Source: the human T2T-CHM13v2.0 reference genome, Homo sapiens
Assembly: GCF_009914755.1 (NCBI RefSeq)
Contig: NC_060932.1
DNA length: 64,000 nucleotides
Direction: 5' to 3' (one strand)
This document shows, piece after piece, positions 29,496-42,147 of this stretch. Below the pieces are notes generated by a model that saw only the letters and a list, made by a program, of their open reading frames with translations, was not told the origin of the DNA and did no database searches. Each line of letters begins with the position of its first letter. Positions within the stretch are counted from its first letter, which is position 1. Position numbers and translations under genes: made by a program.

Positions 29496-30150
29496 GCTTC
29501 TAAACTTTAAGGTGTCCTTGCTCATTCCTGGGCATAGGCCAAATTAACTCTGGGAAGGAATTCAGTTCATGGTTTGACTCTGAAACAAAATTGATAACAG
29601 CTCTTTCCTGAAGAGGCCCCCTTCTTGCCTGGGGACCGGTCTGCCTTGCAGGACTAACAAATTAGCTACAAGATTTGAAATTACAATATAGGGGTCATGC
29701 GGACTCTGGCTCCAAAAGTCCAAACCTCCCCAAATTGCTCCTGGGGATAACATCACTATTGGAAAACCTAAGATCAGTGCTTGAGATATTTTGCAGATCC
29801 TGTTCTCAGTGGATCAGCAGACACCACCCAGACTGGTAATCTGGCTCAACTAGTTCTACCATCCCACCCAGGAACAGAAGACAGCAAGGAAACCTCACTT
29901 TGTCCCCCTATGATTCCATCTCCAACCTGATCAGTCAGCACTCCCCACTTCCCAAGCCCCTACCCGCCGAATTATCTTTAAAAACTCTGATCCCCAAATG
30001 CGTGGGGAGACTGATTTGAGTAATAATAAAACTCCGGTCTCCTGCACAGCTGGCTTTGTGTGAATTACTCTTTCTCCATTGCAATTCCCCTGTCCTGGTA
30101 AATCGGTTCTGTCTAGGCAGCGGGCAAGGTAAACTCCTTGGGTGGTTACA
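29491..30150 (+). mobile_element. LTR8/LTR8A (ERV1) solo LTR, 5' end disrupted
   Basis: cctaagatcagtgcttgagatattttgcaga, ggggagactgatttgagtaataataaaactccggtctcc, and ..ggtggttaca end. Confidence 0.88.
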
Positions 30151-32614
30151 CCATCACATATTCTGAAGATATTACAAAATAATCTTATAATTAAACAGTT
30201 TCATGATGTCTTATTTCAGAAATAATCAGTATATCAGTACCTTTTATTGTCCAATATCTGAAAGCAGGAAGCACTGAGTGAGACATGGTTTGTCACTCAC
30301 GTGCACAGTTTCCTTTATGGGGAGAACTGTTTTATTTGGAATAAAATTGATTTTTGTTGTTATTGGCTTGGGTAACTCAGTTCTTAGATTAGCAATTTAT
30401 AGATGTGATTATTTGAGTACACAAATTTGCAGTGCTGGTGAGGGGAAAATATTAGATATATTTATCAAAAAATATTACCTCTTATTTAAAACTCTTTCCC
30501 AGCTTCTGGGATTAGACATTATAGACATATTCCACATTTGTAGTTCTAAGACAGTTTATATTTTAAATATCCAGAAAAGACAATAGTAAGAAACATAAAA
30601 AAAAGGCTGTCTTTTCTTACAAGCAAATCATTTAGAAGATATTAGTACTGAACTCTTTTACAGAGAAATTAGGTCATTTTTGGCCCATTTGCACATATTG
30701 AGAATAACGTGTTTTTTTAGTTTTTTTATTCAAGGACCTAATTTTTCCCCAAAGAGTATATAGCCTGTAAAAATGAAGCATAATTCTATCTGTAACACTA
30801 TCTTTTAAATATACCAAAAGATGAGAGGCCAGAGTTCTTATACGATCTTTGACATTGCTGTTTAATCCTAACTTTGAAAAATGTTTTGTATTTTTTATCA
30901 TAAATACTTTGTGAACACTGCCACTTTTTAATTAAAATAGTACAAATTACGGTTTAAAAAATAACTGGTTATTTGATTAGTAATGGACAATGAATAAATA
31001 ACTTATTTTCAAAGGCAAGGGAAACATCTTGGGCCTAAGCTTAAGTAACTAAATTAAATAAACATCTTTATTTCCCCTGTGATATCAGGTTCAGGTCCCT
31101 GACAAGTATTTGTCAGTCTACAATTGTGAATTAGCTGTTAAACAGATCGATCAGACTGCTACCTCTTCACTGGTGCTAGTATCCACAATTATCTCATTCG
31201 CAAATACTTGACAAATTTAAGTGGACAAACAAGCTTCTGCTGCACATTTTGAACCAGTTATTTGGTTTACTTCCTACAGTTTAAATTCCCTGTATTCAAC
31301 TTCATTTTGACTTGTGCCAACCCCAAAACAATTCTCTCTCTCTTTTTTTTCTACTTCCAAATCTGGCTTATTTAGATAAAAGATTATTAACTTGAGATGA
31401 TTACTTACTTTTTAATCTTTAGTGTGGTGTCAAAGAATCCTAATGAAAGCAAACTTTAGACAATCTGAGCTGCTGGGTAGTTTATAAGTAATCTAACTCA
31501 CTATAGTGAGTTCACACTGTATACATGAGACAGATGCAGAGGGGTCAATTTATGTACACAAGTTCATATGGTTACTCGGTAGAGCTTGGAATAGAATCTA
31601 GGTATAGGAACTCCTAAATTTCCCAAAGTATAGAAACCACACACACAGACTTGGTTTCCTGGAAATAAACTACAAACTAACACCTTGATTTCAGTTTGAA
31701 TTGTGAAAATAATTTTACTCTTTCTGCAATTTCCAATTGTTGGATTTGGTCTGGCCACTTTCAGGATAAGCACTAAAGCAATTGGGTATTTGGTTGATAC
31801 CGACACACAATGTGCTCTCAAATTGCATTTTATTCTGGATCTTTCAAATAGAAAACTAAATGCTTGATCATCTTGGGGGTGGAAGTTGTCCTTTGTCTCA
31901 CATGTTAAAATATGGTACTGTTTGTAATTCACAGCTAAACCAGACAGTAGTATATTAGAAATAATTGGCAAGCAGATTGAACACTGGAAATAGCGAAAAA
32001 AAAGTTGGCATTTGCCAGAGAAAGCATATGCAAAAATCTTGCATCTCAGTCCTGGTACTGGCTGCTGGATTCTGCTATGAGCAAATCAGTATCAGGGCCC
32101 TCTCTCTTTTTTCTGAAAAGCTACACCAGTCTGGAAAACATTATAGAAGCAAGATAATTCTAAAGGAAAGAGGAAAAAGCAGAATAATTTCAAGTCAGCA
32201 CTGTGTCTGAGACCTGATCTTTATAAGCACATTATAAAACATCAAAGTTAAAACTGAATAAATGGAAAAATGTGATACTTATTGGTATAGAAAAAATAAA
32301 TTCTACAATATAAACTCTTCACATACACATAATGGATTCTACATTTAATTCTTTTTTGTAGCAATTAATAAGTTATAAAAAATTAAGGATTTTTAGCAAT
32401 AGGCAAAATTAAGAGATAGATTCTGAATTATTTATAGGAAAAAAATTGACACAAGGTTTTAATTAATGCCTGAAATCATGTTACTTGATGTCTTAATATG
32501 CTTGGTCTGAACAAAACAGAAGAAACCAATTTTTCCTGGAATATAAGTTTAATGAGGGCAGAGTGGTTTCAATCTCCTGATCAGGAGATTTGAGGCTAAT
32601 TTTTGATGATTATT

Positions 32615-32825
32615 TAGTAATAAAAACTAGCAATTTATACAGAGTGCTTCATATACATTGTCTCACTTGATTTTCTCATAAGGATGAAGTAGGGCAGACA
32701 TTATCATTACCATTTTTACATAAGGAAACTGAGTTTTGGTAAAATTATACAACTCACAATGGACAGAATCAAGATTCAAATCCAAGATCCCAGATTCTAA
32801 ATTCTAGCTCTTTCACTCTATTGTA
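32615..32825 (-). mobile_element. MIR
   Basis: ccatttttacataaggaaactgag..gattcaaatccaag. Confidence 0.7.
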
Positions 32826-32949
32826 TTGATTCAATGCATCTTTTTTCATGTGTAAAGTCATTACTGATCTTCCGCAAAATGCAGTTTCATCAAATCTTAA
32901 AGATGTCGTTATCAAAATCAACCTCCCCACTAATACACAGTTCTCTTCC

Positions 32950-33680
32950 ACAGTGGCTATAGATGCTTGACAGGTTCAGGCAAGTGGAGTTTACTTGTTT
33001 ATCTAACAGTCCATTCCATTAAACAGCTGTTCTTTTTAGAAAGCTATTTCTTAAGTAGAGTGAAATGTACCTCTTAGTAATAGCTACTAATTGCTTCTAG
33101 TTTTGGTTTCTGGACCACTTTGGACAAAACTACTTACTTTCCAAATTATTACCTTTTAAATACCTAACACAACATTCTATTCCTTATTCCTTTGAGTCTT
33201 TTCTGGGCTAAATCCTCTAAGTTCTCCAAGTCTTTTTTTTTTCTAAATGTGATGTAATTCTTCACATTGCTTATCTGTCTCAAGTTTGCCAGTTTCCATG
33301 TAAAATTGAATATCCAAAATTCATTAAACTACTCAGATGTTTCTTGACTAGTAAAGAATATAATGTTTTTTTTGGCCAAGATTCCAAAATTTAATTTTTA
33401 TTTTGATTTATATTTTGGCTTTTATTGAACTTGGGGTTCAATAAAAATCTCAGGTTGATTTTTCATATAAAATAATACCAAACAAAGTTTCTAAACATTT
33501 ATCTCTTGAGCTTCTTTTATTTTAGTTGCTTGAGATAATTTTGAATATTGTTTTTCCAGCCGTCTTCCACCCTGCCAAACTAAGGAACAGCTCCATATAT
33601 GATAAGCTGTCTTCAGTGCCTTCATTCTAGCATTGATAACAAAGCTGAATAGGAGTGAAACAAGGTCAGGGTCTTCTGAC
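32950..33680 (-). mobile_element. L3/CR1 fragment
   Basis: cagtccattccatt..ttagaaag..ttctagttttg..ggctaaatc resembles the L3 3' ORF2 region. Confidence 0.55.
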
Positions 33681-34009
33681 ATCATAAGATTGGAGAGTTC
33701 AGTAACACCGAGCCCTTTCCCATTCTCTGGTACTTTTGTTCTCCAGATTTCTTTCTCGAGATACCAAGAATGATGGAAATTGTTTAATGCTTATTTCTCT
33801 CAGCTCTCATTGCATTTAGCAATTACCCTTTGCAGTGATCCTAAATACCTGTTTAACTCAGTTTTTCTCCCAGACTTTAGACACTTAGCAGAGGATTGAC
33901 CTAAAGTAGGAATCCAGTAAATATTTGCAGCTTTGTTTAATAAGATATGGCATATTGGTGAACAATTTGGTCTTCTCTTTCCCTCTGAAATTCACCTACA
34001 TTCTCTTCA

Positions 34010-34340
34010 TACATTAAAGAAAAATGTTCAAAATTGAACTTAATCATCTTCCTTTTGACTCCTCTCCTCCTCTTCGTCATACTGGTTCATGGCCCCACCT
34101 TATCTCTGACAGCAGATTCTTACCAACATTTTGGCCTTTCTATTTCTCACATCCAACCAGCAGCTGCATTGCTCAATTTTATTTCTACACATCTCCCATG
34201 CTGAACCCTTATTCTTTATTCTTGATGTCCCTATCTTGCTCAGTTCTTCATTTCCTTTTTCCTGGATTATGGCAAAACTATTATCTGCACCTGACATCAC
34301 TTCTGCCTTACTCCCCACTGTCTCTTCCTGAGCACTGTTC
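34010..34340 (+). mobile_element. L2 fragment
   Basis: atgttcaaaattgaactt..atcttcc and pyrimidine-rich L2-like sequence. Confidence 0.5.
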
Positions 34341-34659
34341 TGATGGATTATGTCACATCATAATCACAGTCCACAGTGACTATCCACTGATGTATTCCTC
34401 AGTCTGACACACCCCCATGAGTAGAACCTGTCTCTTTATTCCCCTTCATCGTTTCTTCCACGTGCCCTTTGCTCCGGTCACCATCTGCCCTCTCAGGTAC
34501 TTTCTCAGCTCTGTATTTATCTTTTGCTTTTCTTCTGCTCCTTGAATGATTTTTCTCATTCTTGAAGGATTTATGTAGAGTGTGACCCTTGGTTTTTGAC
34601 ATGGATTTGTACAGATGGAGACTCATCTATGCATTTATTCAATTTATATTTGTTGTGGT

Positions 34660-34870
34660 TTGGGAGTTAGACCTGAGTTCTAAGGCTGCCTCACCACCGT
34701 CTAGCACTGCAATATTGGGCAATTTGATTAAACCTTTTAACATGAAATTTTCTTCACCTGAAAGTGGAGATAGTAATACACCCTCACAGAGTTTGAGAGC
34801 TTTAGATGATGCACGTGTTTCAGCACTTGGGTTGTGTTTACAGGTCAACAAATAGTAGAAATTATTTATA
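34660..34870 (+). mobile_element. MIR
   Basis: agacctgagttc..ttgggcaa..ttcacctgaaagtggagatagtaata. Confidence 0.7.
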
Positions 34871-35019
34871 TCATTGAACTTTTTCTATGTGACAGGCATT
34901 CTGCAAGGAGCTAAGGAGATGAATAAGAAAAAGTATTTGTTTCTGAAAAATTCAAGGCAACATAACTATGTTAAATATAATGTAATTTTGGAGACTTTAA
35001 AAGTGAGGTAGCTTTTTTT

Positions 35020-35335
35020 AAGTATAGGCATGGAAAAAGATATTCAAGTCACATTTTTTTTAGTGAAAAAAGCCAGTTGCAAATAGTATGCATTGCACAA
35101 ATCCACTGTGAACATTTTACATATTACTATTTGCATGTAATAAATATGGAAACATTCCTGTTCAACTTTGAGTAATGCTCATCTCAGAAGGGGATAGTGA
35201 TGGCAGTGGTAAGATTATTTGGACTTTTAATGGGCTAAGTATGTCTACATTTATACACACGTGTTTTTAAAGACTGAGCAGGTATGAAGTTTATAAACAG
35301 AAATAATGACAATTATGTAAACAAAATAAAATAAG
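35020..35335 (+). mobile_element. L1ME-type 3' end
   Basis: catggaaaaagatattcaag..agtgaaaaaagccagttgcaaa..gtatg. Confidence 0.55.
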
Positions 35336-35495
35336 GTACTCAAGTGCAAACACATACCAGGCATTCAATAGGGGTACAAGTTAGGAAAATAGATACCATA
35401 ACTAGAAGAGAAGAAGGGTGTGCTCTAGTCACCAAATCGTTACTTTCTTTATAGGTTTTCATCCCTTGGTCTCTGCCCTGTTTCTTTTAATTAGA

Positions 35496-35957
35496 TTTTA
35501 TTTATTTATTTATTTTTCCTTTCAACTTTTATTTTAGGTTCAAGGGGTATATGTGTAGGTATGTTACATGGGTAAATTGTGTGTCCCGGGGCTTTGGTGT
35601 ACAGATTATTTCATCACCCAGGTAATAAACATAGTACCTGATAGGTAGTTTTTTGATTCTCACTCTCCTCCCACCTTCAAGCAGGCCCTGATGTCTGTTG
35701 TTCCATTCTTAGTGTCCACGTGTACTCAATGTTTGGCTTCTACTTTAAGTGAGAGCATGTAGTATTTGGTTTTCTGTTCCTTTGTTAATTTGCTTAGGAT
35801 AATGTCCTCTAGCTACATCCATGTTCCTGCAAAGGGACATGATTTTTTTTTTTTATATCCACATAGTATTCCATGGTGTATATGTACCACTTTTTTTTAT
35901 GAAGTCCACTGTTGATGGACCTCTAGGTTGATTTCATGTCTTTGCTATGTGAATAGT
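35496..35957 (-). mobile_element. L1PA15/16 3' end, 5'-truncated
   Basis: catgggtaaattg..ggtgtacagattatttcatcacccaggtaata. Confidence 0.9.
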
Positions 35958-36400
35958 TCTTCCATGTTTCTCTGTTCCCAGATTCCTTCTTTAAAAGTGT
36001 GCCTAAGACCCCAGTTCCTCTAAGACTAGAGATATGTGTTGCTCTCCAAAAAGTATTTGTATCCTGGCTCTGAACTCAAACCTAGTAACTGAGGTGCAAC
36101 TATCTGCATCAAGATATTCCCAACTATAACCTCCACTGGGACCTCCGCCTGTTGGTTTTCTTAAATTCTATGTTCTGGCCTGGACCATTTGTTAAGACTT
36201 TGTTTTTCCACATGCTGAAAACTCAGACACCACCACCTGCTCTGTGGGCTGCCTCTGCCTTTCCTTGCTCTATGGATTTCCTGTTTCCAATCCCTGAGGA
36301 TTGGTCCACTAACAGCCAGTGCCATCCTGGGGTATTAATTTATTTATTTCAGTCATATATTATAGTGAAAACGTGGACTTTGAAACAGATCCGAGTTTGA

Positions 36401-36865
<465 letters not shown>

Positions 36866-37535
36866 TGATCTGCTGCAGGATACAGAGGAGTGAACTTAAA
36901 AATATAAAGAGGGCTGTATAAAGAGGGCTGTGATAGTAGCAGTATGGGGTATCCTGACAGAAAGAAGTGAGCCACTGAACCCAGATTTGGGGTCATCAGG
37001 AGAGAGTGAAGCCCCAGCTGAGACCTAACGGTAGAGAGGAGATTAGCTATCAAGGGGGATGACAGGAGTAGGGTGGGGACAAGAGAGTCTAGGCAGATGG
37101 AGTAGCTTAGGAAAAGGTCTAGAGACAAAAGGAACATGGCATTTTTCTAGAACTGATGGCTTGTGGAGCCTGTGTATAAAGGGAGTGGGACTAATAAGCT
37201 GTATTACCCAGGGCTTGGTCAGTGGTTTGAGGGGTTTAGGATTTATCTTACAGAAAAACAAAGCAAAAAAAACTAGGAAGCATTTGAAGGAATTTAAGTA
37301 AGGAAGCCATATTAGTCTATTCTAGCACTGCTATAAAGAAATCCTGAGACTGGGTAATTTATAAAGAAAAGAGGTTTAATTGGCCCGTGGTTCCACAGCT
37401 GTATAGGAAGCATGATGCAGGCATCTGCTCAGCTTCTGGGGACACCTCAGGAAACTTACAATCTTGGGAGAAGGCAAAACAGGAGCTGGTGCTTCACATG
37501 AATGGAGCATGAGGAAAGTGAGGGAGGTGCTACAC

Positions 37536-37817
37536 TTTTTTTTTTTTTTTTTTGAGATGGAGTTCTGCTCTTGTCACCCAGGCTAGTGTGCGATGGCACG
37601 ATCTCCACTCACTGCAACCTCCGCCTCCCAGTTTCAAGCGATTCTCCAGCCTCAGCCCCCTGAGTAGCTGGGATTACAGGCACCTGGCTAATTTTTGTAT
37701 TTTTAGTAGAGATAGCGTTTCACCATGTTGGCCAGGCTGCTCTCGAACTCCTGACCTCAGGTGATCCACCCGCCTTGGTCTCCCAAGGGAGACAGGCATG
37801 AGCCACTGTACGTGGCC
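37536..37817 (-). mobile_element. AluSq/Sx with small internal deletions
   Basis: polyT plus dimer; degenerate TSD gt(g/a)ctacac. Confidence 0.9.
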
Positions 37818-37916
37818 AGTACTACACACTTTTAAACAACTGGATCTCACGAGAACTCACTATCATGACGACAGCCCCAAGGAGGGTTGTGTTAAACCGT
37901 GAGAAATGACCCCCAC

Positions 37917-38682
37917 TAATATGGACAGGAGACAGGGAAACACTGAGTAGATGAAAGTCTCCAGGCCCCACCCTCGAGCCTGGAGACCCACAGCTTTAAG
38001 TGGGAACAGCCGTTTCTGTTTTTGTGCCCAAAAAATTGCATTTTGGCCTGCCATGCCCCCCATCCTTTACCCACATAAAGTCCGAGCCCAGGCTCCTGAA
38101 GCAGATGAGGAGACAAAGACGAACAGTGGAATGCCATGGCAGAGAAAAGGAGAAGAGAAGGAACGTCTGAACACCAAGAGGAGCTCAGCTGGGGGTGGAT
38201 GTAGAGTTCGGCCACTGGATGACCAAAACTCCAGGGGAAGATCATCTTCCCACTCCATCCCCCTTCCAGCTCCCCATCCATGTCACTGAGAACCACCTCC
38301 ACTACTCAATAAAACCCTGCATTCATCCTTCAAGCTCACGTGTGACCCAATTCTTCTGGGATGCTGGGCAAAAGCTCAGGATAAAGAAAGCTGTCACACT
38401 GGCCCTCCTCCCTTGTGAAAAGGCAGAGGGTCCATTGAGCTGGTTAACACTTAAGCTGTCTGTGGATGGCAAGGCTAAAGGAGCATTGTAACGCTGGGGT
38501 TGCAGGCACCCACCCCTAGACACTATCGCAGAGTCAGAGCCCAAAGCACTCGCCCCGACTCCTGCATCTGCCCATCTGCATGCTCCCTCTCCCATCAGGG
38601 GTTTGAGCATTGGTAACTAAACATGTGAGCCACACCCCTGTCACACATCCTGTGAGGGGGATCAGGGAACTCTCCCATTTCA
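37917..38682 (+). mobile_element. MER50 (ERV1) solo LTR
   Basis: ggacaggagacagggaaa start; gatcagggaactctcccatttca end; 4-bp TSD ccac/ccac. Confidence 0.88.
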
Positions 38683-39900
38683 CCACGATCCAGCCATCTC
38701 CAACCAGTCCCGAGCTCCAACATTGGGGATTACAATTTGACATGAGATTTGAGTGGGGCCACAGATCCAAACCATATCGGGAGCAAAAGGGTAAGGTTTT
38801 CATCTTAGAAATGTTTCTTTGAGTGCCATATAGAGAATGGGTAGAGGACTAGAAGCTGTGAGAAAATTTGGAGGTAGCTGCAGTATGCTAGGATTCATGG
38901 AAGCAGAATCTGCAAGCACTCACAGAAAATAATATTTTCAATCGCAGAGATTTCATAGGTGTACGTGTACGTGGAAATATTGATCTTATGAGCCACACTT
39001 GTTGCCTCTTGATTATTTACAGGCACTTCTGGAGGCATATGTGCTTCAAGCCTAAGTATAACTAGTCAAAATAAACTGGATTTTTGAAAGACTTTTTATA
39101 TAACTATGTTAGGTTGTTCAATTCAGGACTCAGCACAGATGTCAGAACTTTTATTGTAATTAGGTTGTTGTCAATAATTATGTGTATTGAGCATGAAATG
39201 AGAAATTGTGGCACATTAAAAAAACAAAGCTATATAAATGAATAATCTAACAAGGCTGGCAAAAAATGATCAGTGTAGAGCTGCTTTAATCAGAGATCAT
39301 TTAGGATCAGCACATTGTAAGAAATTGGTTCTCACAATGTTTCTCCATTCTAATTAATTAACGTCTTTTTAACTCACTAATTTGCATAAGAATCTCCCTT
39401 TGTCGAGTAGTAAACAGAATGAAGTTGCAGCCTTTATGTGCCCAACAGGTGTAGGAATTACTTACAGTGACGGATGATGTTGTAAAAAAAGTTTCTTTTA
39501 GTTTATTTTGCCCACTGGAAGAATCTATTATCTTTTGAAGATAATAGATACTTTATGGTTTCAATTTTGAACAACACTCTTAAAGGAAGATAATTGCCAA
39601 CTACCTTGCCTTTAAAGGGGAAAAAAGATGAGAGCTTTGCTCAAAACAATATTGTGAAATACTTAGCTTAGACAATGAACCACTTTATTTTGAGGCTTTG
39701 GGAGTAGTTTTAGGGTTGTTATCACATGACTGACATCACATGATCATGTCGATGAAGAAAGCAGATTAACTTTATATTCTGTAAGAAATAGGACTGGTAA
39801 CAATTTATTGAGTTGAAGGGGGGGTGGTTTTTTATAGAGCATGTGACAATCATAGCAGCCTAAGGAGGATGTGACTTATGAGTTTCCTTTTTGTTTAAAC

Positions 39901-40083
39901 CAGGAGTTTCCAAGGGAGATAATACAGTCAGAGTTCTCAGTTTCTGTTTCCAGTTGGGCCAGTAAAGACCCTTCCTCATCCCTCTTTTCCAGTTATCACT
40001 AGAGACAGAAACTAAAAACCTAAAACAAAACAAAACAAAACAGAAAACAACAACAACAAAATAAGGTGAGCTGGAGAAGTTTG
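39901..40083. mobile_element. MER30B (hAT-Charlie)
   Basis: gggccagtaaag..tcactagagacagaaactaaaaacc..caacaacaaaataagg; 8-bp TSD gtttaaac/gtttaatc. Confidence 0.8.
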
Positions 40084-40726
40084 GTTTAATCATTAAGTTA
40101 TTCAACAGATATGATTGTTGTATTTTAATTGCGTAGGTTGTATTCTTTACAAGGGAGCTTGACCAAGAGGGGTTGCTCTATTGGCCAAGTCGGGTATCTT
40201 GGCTGAGAACCACAGTTGCCAGTTACTGTTTTGGGTGCTTAGAATATATCAATGAACAAAAGAGTGAAAAACCCTTGCTGTAGTATAAGAAGATGAACCC
40301 CAAACACAACTGGTAAATTATGTAGTTTGTTAGAAATTGATCAGTGCTATGAAATAAATTAAAGCATGAGTACAGTGTGGGACATTACCATTTTAAATAG
40401 GGTTGTGAGGGTTGGCCTCATTGAGAAAGTGACTTTTCATGAGAAATTTTAAGGCAGCATGTGAATGAGCCTTAAAGGAATGTGATTATGGGACCTGAGT
40501 CACTTGACAGACAGCTACACCCTCTGCAACTGTAACCTAGGAAGCAGTGACCCTTGTTCTTCTAATGATAGATTAGCCTTTTCTTTACCTACAGTATTCT
40601 TTAAAATGTTGTAAAAGAATACAGGGTGCAAGAGAAGAAGACTCTTCCCTCTTCACTGTTAATATATTTATTATAGATTAGCTTCACTCTTACTTCTCTT
40701 ACACAAAGACCTTATCATTATCAAAC

Positions 40727-41279
40727 TGTTACAGAAAAGCGTTCTGGATCCAGACCACAAGAGAGGGTTCTTGGATCTCACCCAAGAAATAATTCAGGGC
40801 AAGTCCATAGAGTAAAGTGAAAGCGAGTTTATTAGGAAAGTAAAGGAATAAAAGAATGGCCACTCCATAGGCAGAGCAGCCCCGAGGGCTGCAGGTTGCC
40901 CATTTTTGTGGTTATTTCTTGATGATATGTTAAACAATGGGCGCATCATTCATGCCTCTCCATTTTAGACCCTGTAGGATATCTTCCTGACATTGCATGG
41001 CATTTGTAAACTGTCATGATGCTGATGGGAATGTATCAGTGAGGACAACTGGAGGTCACTCTCATCGCCATCTTGGTTTTGGTGGGTTTTGGCCAGCTTC
41101 TTTACTGAAACCTGTTTTATCAGCAAGGTCTTTATGACCTATATCTTGTGTTGAACTCCTGTCTCATCCTGTGACTTAGAATACATTAACCATCTGGGAG
41201 TGCAGCCCAGTAGGTCTCAGTCTCATTTTACCCAGCACCTATTTAAGATGGAGTGGTTCTGGTTCCAATGTCTCTGACA
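40727..41279 (-). mobile_element. MER41A (ERV1) solo LTR
   Basis: 553 bp; tgttac..gagagggttcttggatctc and aagatggagt..ctctgaca termini; length fits the short A form. Confidence 0.9.
41126..41140. promoter_or_regulatory. Near-consensus oestrogen response element (AGGTCTttaTGACCT) in MER41A
   Basis: One mismatch to AGGTCAnnnTGACCT; motif only, activity unknown. Confidence 0.45.
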
Positions 41280-41794
41280 ACATTGTCTAAGGTGGAATGT
41301 TAAATATACATTTAGATTGTGAAAGGAAAAGAAAAACAACTGTAACTAATCAAATTGTTGGTAACTCATAAACTAGCCTTGTAAAAAACATATTGTAATC
41401 CTGTTAAATTTATTTGTTTTCTGCCTGTATAAACAAGACCTAACTTTTCAGTTGTAGAGCACTGTCCCCATTCCTTTGGAGTCTGTGTTACCTTAATGGC
41501 CATTCTCAACTTAGAGCTTGAATAGAACTCTTTAAAACTGGATTCTGGTCTTTTTGATTATTTCAGCTTAACAGCAAACTCCCAGCTCACTTCAGGAAGA
41601 GTGGTCTAGGCAAAGAAATTAGCCAGTGCAAAGTCCCCAAAGCAGGAGAGAGCCTAGAATGTTCACAACAAAAAACATGAATGTCAGGGATGATAATCAT
41701 TTTGTAGCACAAAGATCAGAGGCTTTAGATTTACATGACCTGAATTCAAAGCCTTACTGCACCTGTTACTAACTTTGAGTCTTGTTTAGCTAAG

Positions 41795-42147
41795 TGTATT
41801 AGTCTGTTCTCATGATGCTAATAAAGACATACCCAAGACTGGATAGTTTATAAAGGAAAAAAGTTTAATTGACTCTCAGTTCCACATGGCTGGGGAGGCC
41901 TCACAATCATGGCAGAAAGTGAATGAGGAGCAAAGTCACGTCTTACATTGCGGCAGGCAAGAGAGCTTGTGCAGGGGAACTCCCATTTATAAAACCATCA
42001 GATCTTGTGAGACTTGTTGACCAACACAAGACCAGTATGGGGGAAACCACCTCCATGATTCAATTATCTCCACCTGGCCCCACCCTTGACTCATGGGGAT
42101 TATACAATTCAAGGTGATTTGGGTGGGGACACAGCTAAACCATATCA
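41795..42147 (-). mobile_element. THE1C-like solo LTR inserted in a MIR
   Basis: tgtattagtctgtt..aaaccatatca; TSD ctaag/ctgag. Confidence 0.92.

Larger units (their letters stand above)
37308..38779 (-). mobile_element. MSTB LTR interrupted by an Alu and MER50
   Basis: tattagtc..gagactgggtaatttataaag start; cagatccaaaccatatc end; TSD gaagc/ggagc. Confidence 0.88.
36900..38890 (-). mobile_element. L2 fragment split by the MSTB nest (36900-37307 and 38785-38890)
   Basis: Purine-rich L2 sequence up to ttttgaaggaatttaag-like text, resuming as cttagaaatg..agagaatgg after the LTR. Confidence 0.55.
40473..41573 (+). mobile_element. ERV1 MER4-group LTR (LTR54/MER34-like, family uncertain), inside an L2 and split by MER41A
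   Basis: ctgtaacctagg..tagattagcc, and gagcactgtccccatt..aaactggattctg..ttatttcagcttaaca end. Confidence 0.65.

Noticed and set aside
31564-31971. 135-aa ORF in unique sequence
   Set aside because: Non-ATG start, no recognisable domain, and a length compatible with chance
37863-38822. Cluster of overlapping ORFs
   Set aside because: Lies in the GC-richer MER50/MSTB LTRs, where stop codons are rarer
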